Assembly: GCA_951406725.2 (NCBI GenBank)
Contig: OX597823.1
Coordinates: forward strand, 65,472,001 to 65,536,000
Direction: 5' to 3'
DNA length: 64,000 bases
DNA from: Octopus vulgaris
Taxonomy: Eukaryota
Program-made: the position numbers and the translations under genes
Shown: in pieces, positions 1 through 12,907 of the stretch
How positions within the stretch are numbered: position 1 is the stretch's first letter
How the letters are laid out: each line of letters opens with the position of its first letter
Notes under the pieces: model-generated
The model's input: the letters and a program-made list of their open reading frames with translations, nothing else
The model's database searches: none
What the model was told of the DNA's origin: nothing

Positions 1-785
1 ATTTAACAATTTTACAAAATATAATTGATGATGCTGACCTCGAAAATGTCAACGATGATTACGACTGTTACGATAATGACGACGAGTATGATTATTATGA
101 GGTACAATATTTCTAAATTTAACTATCTAAACAGTTTAAATTATATTTGGCATCCGAAATGATTTTAACAAACTATTTGAAGGATATGATTTGAATGCAA
201 TATTTATTCTTGCAAGTTTCCTCTCATTTATCTCAATTTATTTGTTGTATGTTTTTCTTCTATTTTTTAATGAATTCCGCATCTGCAAAATTAATTGAAC
301 ATTTCAAGTTGTCTGGAAGATTCAGGGATAACTGAAGATTTTTGCTTTTATCGAACAGGAATGTCTTTCCTTCTATTTCATACAAACACGAAAAGTCACA
401 CATTAAAACGTTCTGACACGCACACAGACACATAATATTAGACACACAAATGTACATATAGTGGCGTCAATGTTCCTTCCTACATTCTTCTTCTTTGTTA
501 TATATTATATGATTTCTACAAGAAGTAAAAACCAAAAAATTCTCGACAGAAGTTAAATTTTTTATAAGTCGATCGATTTTCTGTGCGTGATGCCAGAATT
601 TAGTCGTAACTGTTCTCTTAACTGTTTGCACAAACACACACACTGTTAATAAATACACGTGCAGAAGCACGGTAAGAACATAGACATTCCTTATTAATTA
701 CAGAAACACATACTCACACACACAAACGCATATTTATAAAATTCATAAAGATAGATAAACAGACAGACAGACAAACAGACAGACA

Positions 786-836
<51 letters not shown>

Positions 837-1419
837 TTTGTTGATAGTCACTTCAAAGTTCTGCCCGAGAAATTCTCTGAAAATTGAAATACATTGTCAA
901 TAAAGATATAATAAAATCTAGACACCATGCAAGTATTGAGTTCTTTCGATAGTCATAATGAAAACACATGCAACATTGGGGGTGTTGTCGTGCATATGTG
1001 AGTAGGTTTATATATGTATACATACATGCATGTAAGTATATATATATATATATACATACATATAGATAGATATATATAAATATATATGTATATATATATG
1101 TTTGTATGTATATATGCATATATATCTGTGTGTGTTCCTTTTTCTCTCTTTCCTTTCTTTCGTTCCCCCTCCTTGCTCAGTATATGAGAATTGCTACATA
1201 GATGAATTTTAGCTTGCGTGCGAGACGGTTTGCGTGAATATATGTACACATGCTTTTATGTGTATATTTAGATTCATATTCATACGTATGTATATGTATG
1301 TATGGCGTTTACGCGCATCCTTTTGTGTATGTTGATATATATATGTGGATTTTAATATAAATATGTATTGCAGTATTTATAACAGGTTTAATTTCTATGC
1401 ATTAATTTGTACTGTCTTC

Positions 1420-1788
1420 ATTAACGGCAATAAGTTTTTTCCTCGGTTTTTTCCTCGGATTTTATAATTTTTATAATTTTTATAAGTTTTTTTATATATA
1501 TATACATATATTTTTGACCTTTTTTTTATCGCTCGAAGATTGACCGTTTTTTCTAAAGGGCCAATCAAACAAGTCCATTTCTTTTTAAAGGTGTAGCGTT
1601 TGTAAGAGTATAGATTGAATTAATATATAAGTTCCATTCTAGCAAAAACTGTCTGATGAACGGCAACGAGAAACTCAGAGTAACAGATTTTGTTGAATTT
1701 TCTGCTGCTTAAAATAAAGCATATTACTCTACCACTGGTATTTGAGTACTCTTTTTTCCACCTTGTTTCACATTTATGTGTTTACTCC

Positions 1789-1790
<2 letters not shown>
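1420..1790 (+). mobile_element. Penelope-like pseudo-LTR / HHR-bearing non-coding element remnant
   Basis: HHR followed by AATAAA (~1712) and a T-rich tail ending directly in (TA)n at 1791. The 5' boundary is approximate. Confidence 0.5.
1644..1691 (+). ncRNA. Minimal type I hammerhead ribozyme motif (Penelope-like/retrozyme type)
   Basis: tgt-CTGATGA(1653-1659)-acggcaacga-GAAA(1670-1673)-ctcagaGTA-aca. Stem III ACTC/GAGT with a 1-nt loop, GUA triplet at 1680-1682, stem I tgt/aca, stem II acg/cga with one mismatch. Confidence 0.75.
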
Positions 1791-1839
<49 letters not shown>

Positions 1840-3844
1840 CGGTTAATTTTCTGGCAATAGATTTAGTGTAATAATAGCTAAACAAATTACCTGACCGCGA
1901 GTTAAGATAAACAAGAACGGCTGGTAAGAAAAAAAAGATCTGTTTTCATAAACGTTATCGAAGCAATTTCTAGAGAAAGCAACACACAGTAACCATTCAT
2001 TTTCTTGTTTGCATTTTCCTGATTTGCAATATAATACATTGTTAGTGCTTTTTATTGAAATAATTTTGTATTTGCAATGGGACACAAGCGAGCCAAACAC
2101 GGTACATGCGCACCTATTTTCACTCAAACATTTATATACAAGTATACGCCATCCACTCTCACATTGGATATAATCATTTTTGGTATCTATCTAGAAAAAT
2201 GTTACTTCGAAAAGAAAGTCAATACCTTCGACGTTGACAGGGTTCTGAGAACGAACAGCGAACTCATCGAAAACATTTTAAAGCTGCATACATAGCAACA
2301 ACCGTCCTGTTTATCCCTGGTTATGAACAACACAAAAGTGTCTATACGCCGCTTACAATATTTGACTGGGACAGCAAAGATCGCACCGTACTGAATTCAC
2401 TTATCAGATAGAATGTCGGAACAAGAGAGAAGAAAAAGTTAATGGGATGGACTATGAGATGAATCCTACGTATCATAGTCTTACATGCGATATTAAGTCT
2501 AGCGGCATTCCTTTTTGGACAAATCCAACCTGACAGATCATTTCTTTTCTGGATTTCTCCTTGCTTTCTCTTGTAATTCTTCCTCTGTCCTATCATATCC
2601 CTTCGCTCTCTTAAACACAGGTAGACTAACTACATCAACCGTTTCAATAATAAACTCAGTCTACCGCATAATCAAATAGTGTCCCTGGAGAGTGTCAATG
2701 CGTCCCATTAAAACGAAAGCGTTCTTCCAGCATACAACCAGAACATCGCATGTAGGAGAGGCAACACTATATTTTCACTGCAAATATTTCTGAGAGTGCA
2801 GGTTTGGGACAAAGTGTAATTATAACACAACCTATCAAAGAGATAGGGAAGCGTCTGAAGGAGACACAATGTGATGTCTCGGAATTGTATCATATACTTT
2901 TAGTAGGCTAGTCAGAGATTTTGTGAACCGAAAACTACATAATTAAAAGTGTCAATTTACATTATTCCGTATGGTGCGACGTGAAGGAAATTTTTCACTG
3001 CTATTTAGAGCCTTCAAGCAGATTGTATGATCATGTAGAAGATCCATCGTTGACTGCATGTGTTCTACAGATTGTATTGGCCTCACACCATTTAAATTCA
3101 TCCATTTTCCATGCACTCATCTTTAAATTTTCTATTCTGTCATTGAACACGATCTAACCACATATTACTATAATCTTTACTTCACAAACTGTTTATGCTT
3201 TCATGCAGTTGTAAAATAGCAACTCTTTGATGGAGACATTAAGCATGTCGTCCTTGTAGAGTTTGCATAGTCTATGAGCACTGCTCTTCCTTATAGACCA
3301 AACCAATAAAAATAATATACTGATGTCCTTTCCAAAAATCGTGGCAGTATTTAGGGCAAAGTGAAATGAACGTAGCAGGTATGACTACTCTGCATACATA
3401 CGAGATATTACGCACTGTTTCTTAATTTTTAAACTTGGCTAAATAATATGTATAAACATTAATTTGAAAGCCTTTACATTCACTACAGAAACGCGATTAG
3501 TGACGAGAAATTTTAAAACGCACTGTACTAATGGATAGTAACCTTCATTTTCAGATTTAAAACTCTAAGGTCAATAAATTTTCCGAATCAAAGCAAGGGC
3601 TCACATAAGTTTGCCGTTCAGTGAATGTGGATCGAAAATGGATGAATTCGGAGATAAAGTGTGAACAACTAAATAGCTGATACGCTACACATTAGTACAG
3701 AAGCTGGTTTTATGAACGAACAAGAAAACCTCTAGAGCATAGAAAGCAGAATAAAAATTAAATAGATTGTTTCCCAATAATCTAGAAATCATAGAGAAGA
3801 AACAACTCATCAAATCACTGCGTTTGATGAGTAAATGATTCATA

Positions 3845-4372
3845 ATATCAATATAAAACATATACCAAGGAGGAATTTCAACCGTGTTTCGTGGTCTGCT
3901 ATCACAACAGATCCCTTATAGGATCCAGTTAGCTCAAGACATCATCAGGAGGAACTACGTCCGGTTTCGGCCCCTACTCTTCTACCGTTTTGACGTGGAA
4001 GGGCGCCCCCTTTCGGAGGTATCTTCAGCTCTGGTGTTGGTTGCATGTCTTCTTTCTTCTGTTCCCTGGCCTCTTCGATGTAGCATCAAAGCGTGTCAGC
4101 GGGTGACTGACCGTCTTGTCAAATTTTTCCTTTAAATACCTGCTGTCAGTCTTAGCCCATGCATTCTCTAAACGACCGTCAGCTGTCAATCAGCGAAGCT
4201 AATTCAGTGACAGCTTGTCTCACCTAATGATGTTATTTTCCGCCGGCATGTTATGACTTTCAAGCCATTTTTGGTCTTCCCGCTTCAGCCATATATAGAA
4301 GCTGGCTTTTTCGACCGCCTCCTGTACTCTCCTTATTAGTTTTCTCAGCTCCGAGCTAGAAAAAACAAATTT
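3845..4372 (-). mobile_element. 3' fragment of an RLE-type non-LTR retrotransposon (Hero/NeSL-like) with structured 3' UTR
   Basis: ORF 4220-4426(-) contains ELRKLIRRVQEAVEKASFYIWLKREDQKW, resembling the EAAERAS.W.WLKR C-terminus of Hero-type ORFs. It is followed by a GC-richer UTR with several hairpins. Confidence 0.65.
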
Positions 4373-7062
4373 TCTTTTGACTAGCGTTGTCATTTTTCTT
4401 TCAATAAATATTTGTTCAACACGCACACATTACGTTCTTTTTTTTTTAGATCTCGGGGATATCTGGACACTTATCAATATTCTTATCCATATCTAATTGA
4501 AATGATATACTATGTTGAAAAGATAATTCTTGAGAGTAAGTTACTGCTTGCTCTGCCGTATAATTCTAAGAATTCATATAAATATATTAATACTTTTCTT
4601 ACTGTTATTTTTCATCTTGGTTACAAATGGATGATGATTTGAAATTTGATATGGTACTAGTGAAAACTAGTAGCATCACAAAAACGAGGATTCACCCTTT
4701 CATATGCCTGCTTTGTTGATTAACTGAGTATTGATGAATCGTTTTGTTCGTATATATTCCATGCAAATCGTTCAGTTCATACTTTATAATTCTGCTCCAA
4801 AGAATTCCGAGAGGCATATTTTGGATACCAGTGAATTGTTTTTTTAGATGATTACTGTCCATTGATATATCAGTTATTTGGTGGGAACGATTTAATCTGC
4901 TTCAAGAATTTTGAAAAAAAAAGCAGTTCAATTTTCCTGTTATTGCAGAAAAAGCCGCTCTCTGATTATGATGAATTATGTACATGGTCATTTCTGTTCA
5001 ATCTCTGGGAATGCAGTATGGGGTAAAACATTGGGTAATATTTCTAACATTCTCACGTGAACTCGAATTTGTAGGATGGCTATGTTATTTTAAATCGACC
5101 CAGTATTTTATAAACGTTCATTTTATCTCGATACTATATTTTTTCTCATCATATTCTACGTTTCTGGGATTCATCATCTTACAAGGGCTTCGGTTTTTCC
5201 TAATTAGAGGTTGCATTAGTTTCTATCTGTCAATGATAAAAAAGAAAATTATGTTTCTCACTTGATATAGTCGCTAACTCGTCTCTTTAAATATCTTGGT
5301 TGCATTTCAGCATATAATTATAGTCATAAATTAACTATTGATATAATAAATCAAATCAATTTCGGATTTATTATCTGTTGTCATTAATCAGGATGTCATT
5401 ATTATTCTGCTAAAAGAGTTTCCTCTGCTCTTCATTTTGGTAATCAGATACTAGATTTGTTGCAACTTCCTGCGCTTGTATAAAAGATTGCGACGATATA
5501 ATCAATTTTCTATATCGGTAGTTATATAATTTCGATACCTTTGCTGTTATTAATAATGAAATGCATGCCGTTTTGTTGAGGCTAATTTGTGGCCGTTTTC
5601 TATACAGAAGTGAGCTGATTTTTTGTAATAAGATATAATTGAAAGTTTATAATAATATCATATTTCTAAGAACACCAAATTTTCTTTGGTTCACTGTATT
5701 CAGTTATTAATTACCAAGTGAAAACTTTAAGTTGACTTTGAGACCAAGTTTGAAATTTGTAAAAATGTTCTTCAACGATTTTTATTTGATGAAAACTGGT
5801 CAGAAAATTCTGGTACGCTTCCTAGTTTTAGTTGATATTCATTACGATGATTTAGTCATGTTTTTCGTTATTTTTAAATATTATACACCATCATGGATAT
5901 TTATGCTGTCTATATTACATAATTGTATTTGTGTAACTAATTTACTTACAGAAGCATTAAATTATTTATCGTAAGAAAAAGAATATTCTTACAAATTTAA
6001 TTTTTAAATAATGAGATTAATAAATTCTAAAACATATCACAGGATTTTAGGAATGCCTAAGAATGAACACAATAAGACATTTAAGCATAGGGGTGGGGAA
6101 ATGTAATCTTCTGCATATGAATAAATGAAGTCAAATGATAGTGGCAACGTAGAGAGTTAATTCGACATTTGTATATAACCAATATTTTACACAAATGAAA
6201 CCTAATAATATCATAAATCTACGAATTACATTAAAAAGTGATCACATTTCAACAAAATGACAAAATATATATGGTGTATATCTGCTATAATAACGAGAGA
6301 ATGCACCAAAGCATGACCAAAAACTGCAACACAAACCTCTAGTTCGCAAATAATGCACGAATCACATCAAACGACTATGCCCAGGATGATAAAATAGAAA
6401 TTTGCAAGGTGAGATGAAATTATAATTTTTATCTGGATGTAGGTGAAAACATTTCTCACGTAAGAACTTTCAATTCCAAATAGTGCTATCCTTAATAAAT
6501 AGGTTAGGAAAATATAATCGTATATAAACGTCTTTCAAAACCTCGTCATGTGATGAACATAGATACAATATCAGTGCATCTGTGTATACTTATATATATA
6601 TATGTGTGTGTGATACGCACACGGATGATACACCCGAGCACACACACAACAGAGTATACACGCATTCATTAGCTTCATTCACACAAGCGATTGCCCAGAA
6701 ACACGCACTCATACACACAGGTCCACAAGCAAACAATAGCTTCATACCCGCATGTATGCTTGGTCACACATTCATATATGCCAGATCACAGTCATCTACC
6801 TTGCCACACACGTTTGTTTTCAACTTCACAGCTTTTTTTGGTTGCTCACACTTATAGTGCTTCTTTCTAGTCCACTATTTTCATCATGCGGTGACAACGT
6901 AATTGAGATAGGTATGTTCATTTTTTTTTTACATTTTCTTCTCTCCCTTCGTCTATTGTTTCCGTTGAAGAGCATAAAAGACATGTATTTTTTCCTGAGC
7001 GTAAACCAAATATAACATTGTGACATTTGTATTTCTTATACCATAAGTGTATATACATACAA

Positions 7063-7162
<100 letters not shown>

Positions 7163-7396
7163 GTACATACATAGATGTGTGTGTGTATGCATTTATATTT
7201 GTATGTATAGACACACACACATGTATGTATATACATATATATGTATATAAATGTATATATGTATATATATCTATCTATATAACTATATATATATCTATCT
7301 ATCTACCTATCTCTTTCTCTCTCTCTATATATATATATATGCATATATATATACATATATATACACACATATATATATATATATATATATACATAC

Positions 7397-7427
<31 letters not shown>

Positions 7428-7688
7428 CATACATATACACACATATATATATATATATATATAATTAATCAATATAGGGTGGCAAAAAAATTTTGTAGAA
7501 TTCTTTTGCCACCAGCGGCCTAGTAGGAAAAAATTAAATAGTCATAAACCATTTTTACGTTCAACATCACAATCAAGGAACGGCCATAATAGGCCATTCA
7601 CCCACTAGAAATAACAGCCAAAAGCTTTAACCGCAAAATAACATTAATACCGTAAACCAGGAGAAAATTGAAAAACTTTTACCCTGTA

Positions 7689-7795
7689 ATTTCTTAGACG
7701 ATGCACCGTTTCATCTACCGTTTAATGGTAAACTAACCTGATTAAATTAAATCAAGCCAATCCACCATAGGCCCTTAGACTCATCAGTAAGAAAT
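7689..7795 (-). ncRNA. Type I hammerhead ribozyme, copy 1
   Basis: Minus strand: atttctta-CTGATGA-gtcta...tagat-GAAA-cggtgcatc-GTC-taagaaat. 8-bp stem I, stem II gtcta/tagat, self-complementary stem III acggtgcatcgt, predicted cleavage between 7697 and 7696. Confidence 0.92.
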
Positions 7796-8172
7796 AGCCA
7801 AATCGGAACAGATATTTTTCACGAGGCATTCCTCTTGCTACCTCGGCAATATCTGACCTAAAATTTTCAAATCGTCGCACTCGCGCCAAATTTATCGGCA
7901 GCAAATAAACCACCGATTCCGTTACGGAACTAACCAGAAAATTCATAATTAATCAATATAGGGTGGCAAAAAAATTTTGTAGAATTCTTTTGCCACCAGC
8001 GGCCTAGTAGGAAAAAATTAAATAGTCATAAACCATTTTTACGTTCAACATCACAATCAAGGAACGGCCATAATAGGCCATTCACCCACTAGAAATAACA
8101 GCCAAAAGCTTTAACCGCAAAATAACATTAATACCGTAAACCAGGAGAAAATTGAAAAACTTTTACCCTGTA

Positions 8173-8279
8173 ATTTCTTAGACGATGCACCGTTTCATCT
8201 ACCGTTTAATGGTAAACTAACCTGATTAAATTAAATCAAGCCAATCCACCATAGGCCCTTAGACTCATCAGTAAGAAAT
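8173..8279 (-). ncRNA. Type I hammerhead ribozyme, copy 2
   Basis: Same sequence as copy 1, shifted 484 bp. Predicted cleavage between 8181 and 8180. Confidence 0.92.
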
Positions 8280-8456
8280 AGCCAAATCGGAACAGATATT
8301 TTTCACGAGGCATTCCTCTTGCTACCTCGGCAATATCTGACCTAAAATTTTCAAATCGTCGCACTCGCGCCAAATTTATCGGCAGCAAATAAACCACCGA
8401 TTCCGTTACGGAACTAACCAGAAAATTCATAATTAATCAATATAGGGTGGCAAAAA

Positions 8457-8502
<46 letters not shown>

Positions 8503-8559
8503 GAACTTTTTGCGTAATGAGATAAAAAAAAACCCAAGGCTGTGTCGATATTAGAATAT

Positions 8560-9080
<521 letters not shown>

Positions 9081-9087
9081 GTAAATA

Positions 9088-9135
<48 letters not shown>

Positions 9136-9150
9136 TATATATGTATATGT

Positions 9151-9459
9151 GGAGGCGCAATAGCCCAGAGGTTAGGGCAGCGGACTCCCGGTTGTAGGGT
9201 CAGGGTTTCGATTCCCAGACCGGGCGTTGTGAGTGTTTATTGAGCGAAAACACCTAAAGCTCCTCGGGGCTCCGGCAGGGAGTGGTGGCGATCCCTGCTG
9301 TACTCTTTCGCCACAACTTTCTCTCACTCTTTCTTCTGTTGGCCTGCTCGCTTAGCCAGCGGGGTGGTGTCATTTGAAGGCTAAAACAATGCGAAGCGCA
9401 TTGTGACCCACGATGTGTAGCAACATCTGAATGCCTGGTAGGTCACGGTGATCACAGTG
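9151..9459 (+). mobile_element. tRNA-derived SINE (octopus OR-type head)
   Basis: ggaggcgcaatagcccagaggttagggc...gtttcgattccc with A/B boxes. Head and core shared with copies at 38490-38801, 50993-51376 and 61463-61765. Confidence 0.85.
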
Positions 9460-9483
9460 ATATATGTATATATATATATATAC

Positions 9484-9880
9484 TGTAGCCTCAGGACCAC
9501 CAAAGTATTGTGAGTGGATTACGTACACGAAACTGGAAAAGGACTGTCGTATAAAAGTGTATATTTGGGTGTGCGCGCACGCATGTGAGTGTGTGTATGT
9601 GCGTGTGTATGTGTGTGTGTGTGTGTATGTGTGTGTAAGTGTCTGTCTGTCTGTGTTGACAACTGATGCTGCTGTGTTTACATCCCCGTAACTTAACCGT
9701 TTGACAAAACACACCGGTGTTAAAATCAGTAGTAATGTTGGTTCCTACGGAACAGCCATGTTGAAGTGGAGGTGTGAAAAATAATACTTCTCAGTATAGT
9801 TGTTAACTCCTTGTGTCGATTTCTTCGTATAAAGGCGGTGCTCCAGGATGGCCGGTGTCACATGACAGAAGCAAGTAAAA
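9484..9880 (+). mobile_element. Degenerate copy of the abundant bipartite octopus SINE (Twin-like)
   Basis: Diverged match to 25436-25868, e.g. aaaggcggtgctccaggatggcc and tgtttacatccccgtaactta. Confidence 0.65.
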
Positions 9881-10093
9881 CAATGAAAAAATGTTATTTT
9901 AATCCCGAGCAACGCCGGGTATCTCTGTTAGTATATAAATGTGTGTGTGTCCATATATATATATACATATATATATATATAGACACACACACACATGTAT
10001 GTATATACATATATATATATATATAAATGTATATATGTATATATATATATATCTATATAACTATATCTATATCTATCTATCTACCTATCTCTT

Positions 10094-10233
<140 letters not shown>

Positions 10234-10728
10234 TATAGATATCAGTTACGCGCAATATAATACCACAAAGGAAAAAAATTATTATCCTAATTAGTGACGT
10301 TATTTTTTTCCTTTATGGTATTATATTACGCAAAGTTTTTTATATCAATATTTAATATACGCATTAGCATTTCGCTACATCAGCCATAAATTTTAATGTT
10401 AAAACAATATATATTGGCAGCCGGATTTAAAGAAACCATCGAGCGTTGGAGTAGTCACTAGTGACGAGCCTACGACCGAGAGGGAAAACTAATCTAATTA
10501 TACTGGAGACGCTCATGGAACGATTGTCTTTCTTGTCAGTGAATAGATATTGCGCCATTCTCTCAGTACTAAGAGATTTTAACCTATATTCCTTATAACG
10601 TAGGAGTTTCGGCAACCTCCTCAATTACTGTCAATAAAATAAATGCACATGCACACGCACATGTACACACACACACACATACGCACAACCCACATACATA
10701 CATATATTCGTGGAAATCTATTTATCTA

Positions 10729-11976
10729 TCTGGTCATCCCATAGATTCTCTTAAAATTTTGAACAAAGAAAATAAGTGATCAAATGTTATATTTAATTTA
10801 ACTTTAATCATCAACGTACTTTACCTAATTATCTGTGACTTCCTTCCATCTATTTACAAGGCTTTTAATCCGCCTGTCAATATACAACACTTTTGGTTTC
10901 AAATCGAAGAACTCTGAAATGTCAGTTTCGCCTTCCTCCTGGCTTGCAAAATTTATGTCCCCCAAATGATTCTGTAGACTACGAAACAAATGGTAGTCTG
11001 AAGGAGCAAGGTCGGTAGAATAAGATGAATGAGAAATTATTTTCCCAACCAAGCTCATCGATCTATTCTGATGTGATCTTTGCAGTGTAGGGTCACGCAT
11101 TGTCCTGACGAAACATCACTCCTGTTCGATTCACCAAAGCGGCTCCTTTTTTCCTCAAAGCTTGGTTCAAACACTCTAATTACTGACAGTAGACTTGAGC
11201 ATTAATTGTTGCATTAGGTGGTAACAATTCAAAATGAATTACTCCATGAATTTCCCTTCTCGGTTGTGGTTGAGCTTTTTTCCTTTTACCAAGCCACTGT
11301 TTACAACGTTTAGCATTTCGATAGAAGATCCGTCTTCCGTCACCAGTCACAAGTTTATCCAAAAAGAGAGAAATGATTTCGCGAGAATGGAGAGAAGAGC
11401 AGATGTCCACTCGGGATTTGCGGTTGCTTTCGGACAATTCCTGAGGCACACATTTTCCAAGTTTAAGAACCTTTCTAAGTTGTTGAGGATTGCGATGAAC
11501 AGTTGTATGGTTTGAGCTAATTGCCAATTCTTCAACTGATAATGCAGAATTTTCTTCAATTAATGCCTCACGGAGCTTATCATCAATCTCAACTGGAAGT
11601 CCTCTTCGATTTTCATCTTCAAGGCTGAAATTTCTACTTCTGAATTTTGCCAACCCTCTTCTGCAAGATCTCTCATTCAAGCATTATTTCCAATAAACTG
11701 GGTGTATGTTTCGAGTCGCTTTGGCTGCGAGTCTCCTTTTTTTTCTACTCATAAAGCATTATGTGCCTCAAATGTGCTTTGGATGCTTCCATGTTAGAAA
11801 GGGTTTTAATCAGAGAAATTTTAATTCTATTATTCTGTAAAAATAATATTTAATTAGTTTAAATGTACACAAATCCCTAAAATGAATTTTTAATTTCATT
11901 AGAAATTCTACAATAGTATTAAATTTCATTCAATTTTAAAAAAGATAAACTCGGACAGAACTTATGGGATGAACTG

Positions 11977-11977
<1 letters not shown>
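10729..11977 (-). mobile_element. Near-full-length decayed mariner (DD34D) transposon with transposase pseudogene
   Basis: Imperfect TIRs tctggtcatcccatag and tcagttcatcccataag(rc), TA flanks, ~1.25 kb. Motifs CVPQELSE (WVPHEL), LVTGD, FRQDNA, YSTDLAPSDYHLFRSL, broken by frameshifts and stops. Confidence 0.92.
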
Positions 11978-12041
<64 letters not shown>

Positions 12042-12874
12042 CAGAGAGAGAATGAGTGAGAGAAAGTGACAATGTGAAAAAGAAAGGGAAAGAGACTGGT
12101 GATTGAAAGAGTAATTTGATGTGATAATCAATGTTTTGAATTTTGAAACGTATTCCAAAGAATTTTTTTCTGAACATGTCACTTTAAACTCTACATAACG
12201 TGGGCATAAATGATTTCGCAGAGCGAAAACATAAAATACAGTAAAAAGAAATGATTTTAAAATAATCTTAGAAAAACAAATTCCTTCCTACTTCTATATT
12301 TATTAATTTACTACCGCATTTTTCACATTTCTTCCTTTATTTTGCTTGAATAATGAAACTAAAAGAAAATAGAAAACTTAACACAAAATACGAAAAATAA
12401 TTTTAACTTAAAATAATTGAAAACTAATTAATATTGAAATAGTTTCTACGCAAGATTAACCATTTTTCATCTACTCATTCATGGAATCACTACAAGTTCG
12501 CTTTCCGTCCTCCTTAAGAGACACTCCAAATAAAAACGATTTTTTTATCTGGCAACATATGAAAACGGAACGAAATTATATTCTTTTTGTCCATTCTATA
12601 TTTATAGTTTTCTCTTTTATTGTTTTTTTTTCTTTGATTTTATTTTTATCCATCAAGTTTGATTAAGTGTTGTTTAGCTTCCATTTTTTTTCCTGTTTAA
12701 ATTTTATACAGTACTGTTGTGTATTTGCTTTCAATGTTATTGTCGAGGATAATATTAATTTAGAAATGTTTAACAAAATGGTTGTTAAAAGCATAGTTCC
12801 TTCCACAATTCAGATTCTTATTTAAACATCTTGAATTCTGTCCGCTCGTAAATATCACGTGAATATTCTGTACG

Positions 12875-12907
<33 letters not shown>

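Larger units (their letters stand above)
7461..8458 (-). mobile_element. Tandem 484-bp array (2 full units + ~30 bp) carrying hammerhead ribozymes; retrozyme / Penelope pseudo-LTR-like
   Basis: Units start at 7461, 7945 and 8429 (ataattaatcaatatagggtggc). The ORF track shows the same 64-aa translation at 7752 and 8236 (offset 484). Flanked on both sides by (TA)n. Confidence 0.85.

Noticed and set aside
3-115. Acidic frame IDDADLENVNDDYDCYDNDDEYDYYE followed by GT
   Set aside because: Consistent with a degenerate (GAT)n repeat at the window edge; no other support for an exon.
7752-8430. Duplicated 64-aa ORF MNFLVSSV...
   Set aside because: It results from the 484-bp duplication, overlaps the ribozyme core and has no recognisable domain.
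9151-9225. tRNA genes (here and at other SINE heads)
   Set aside because: No complete cloverleaf, and each continues into a repeated SINE body.
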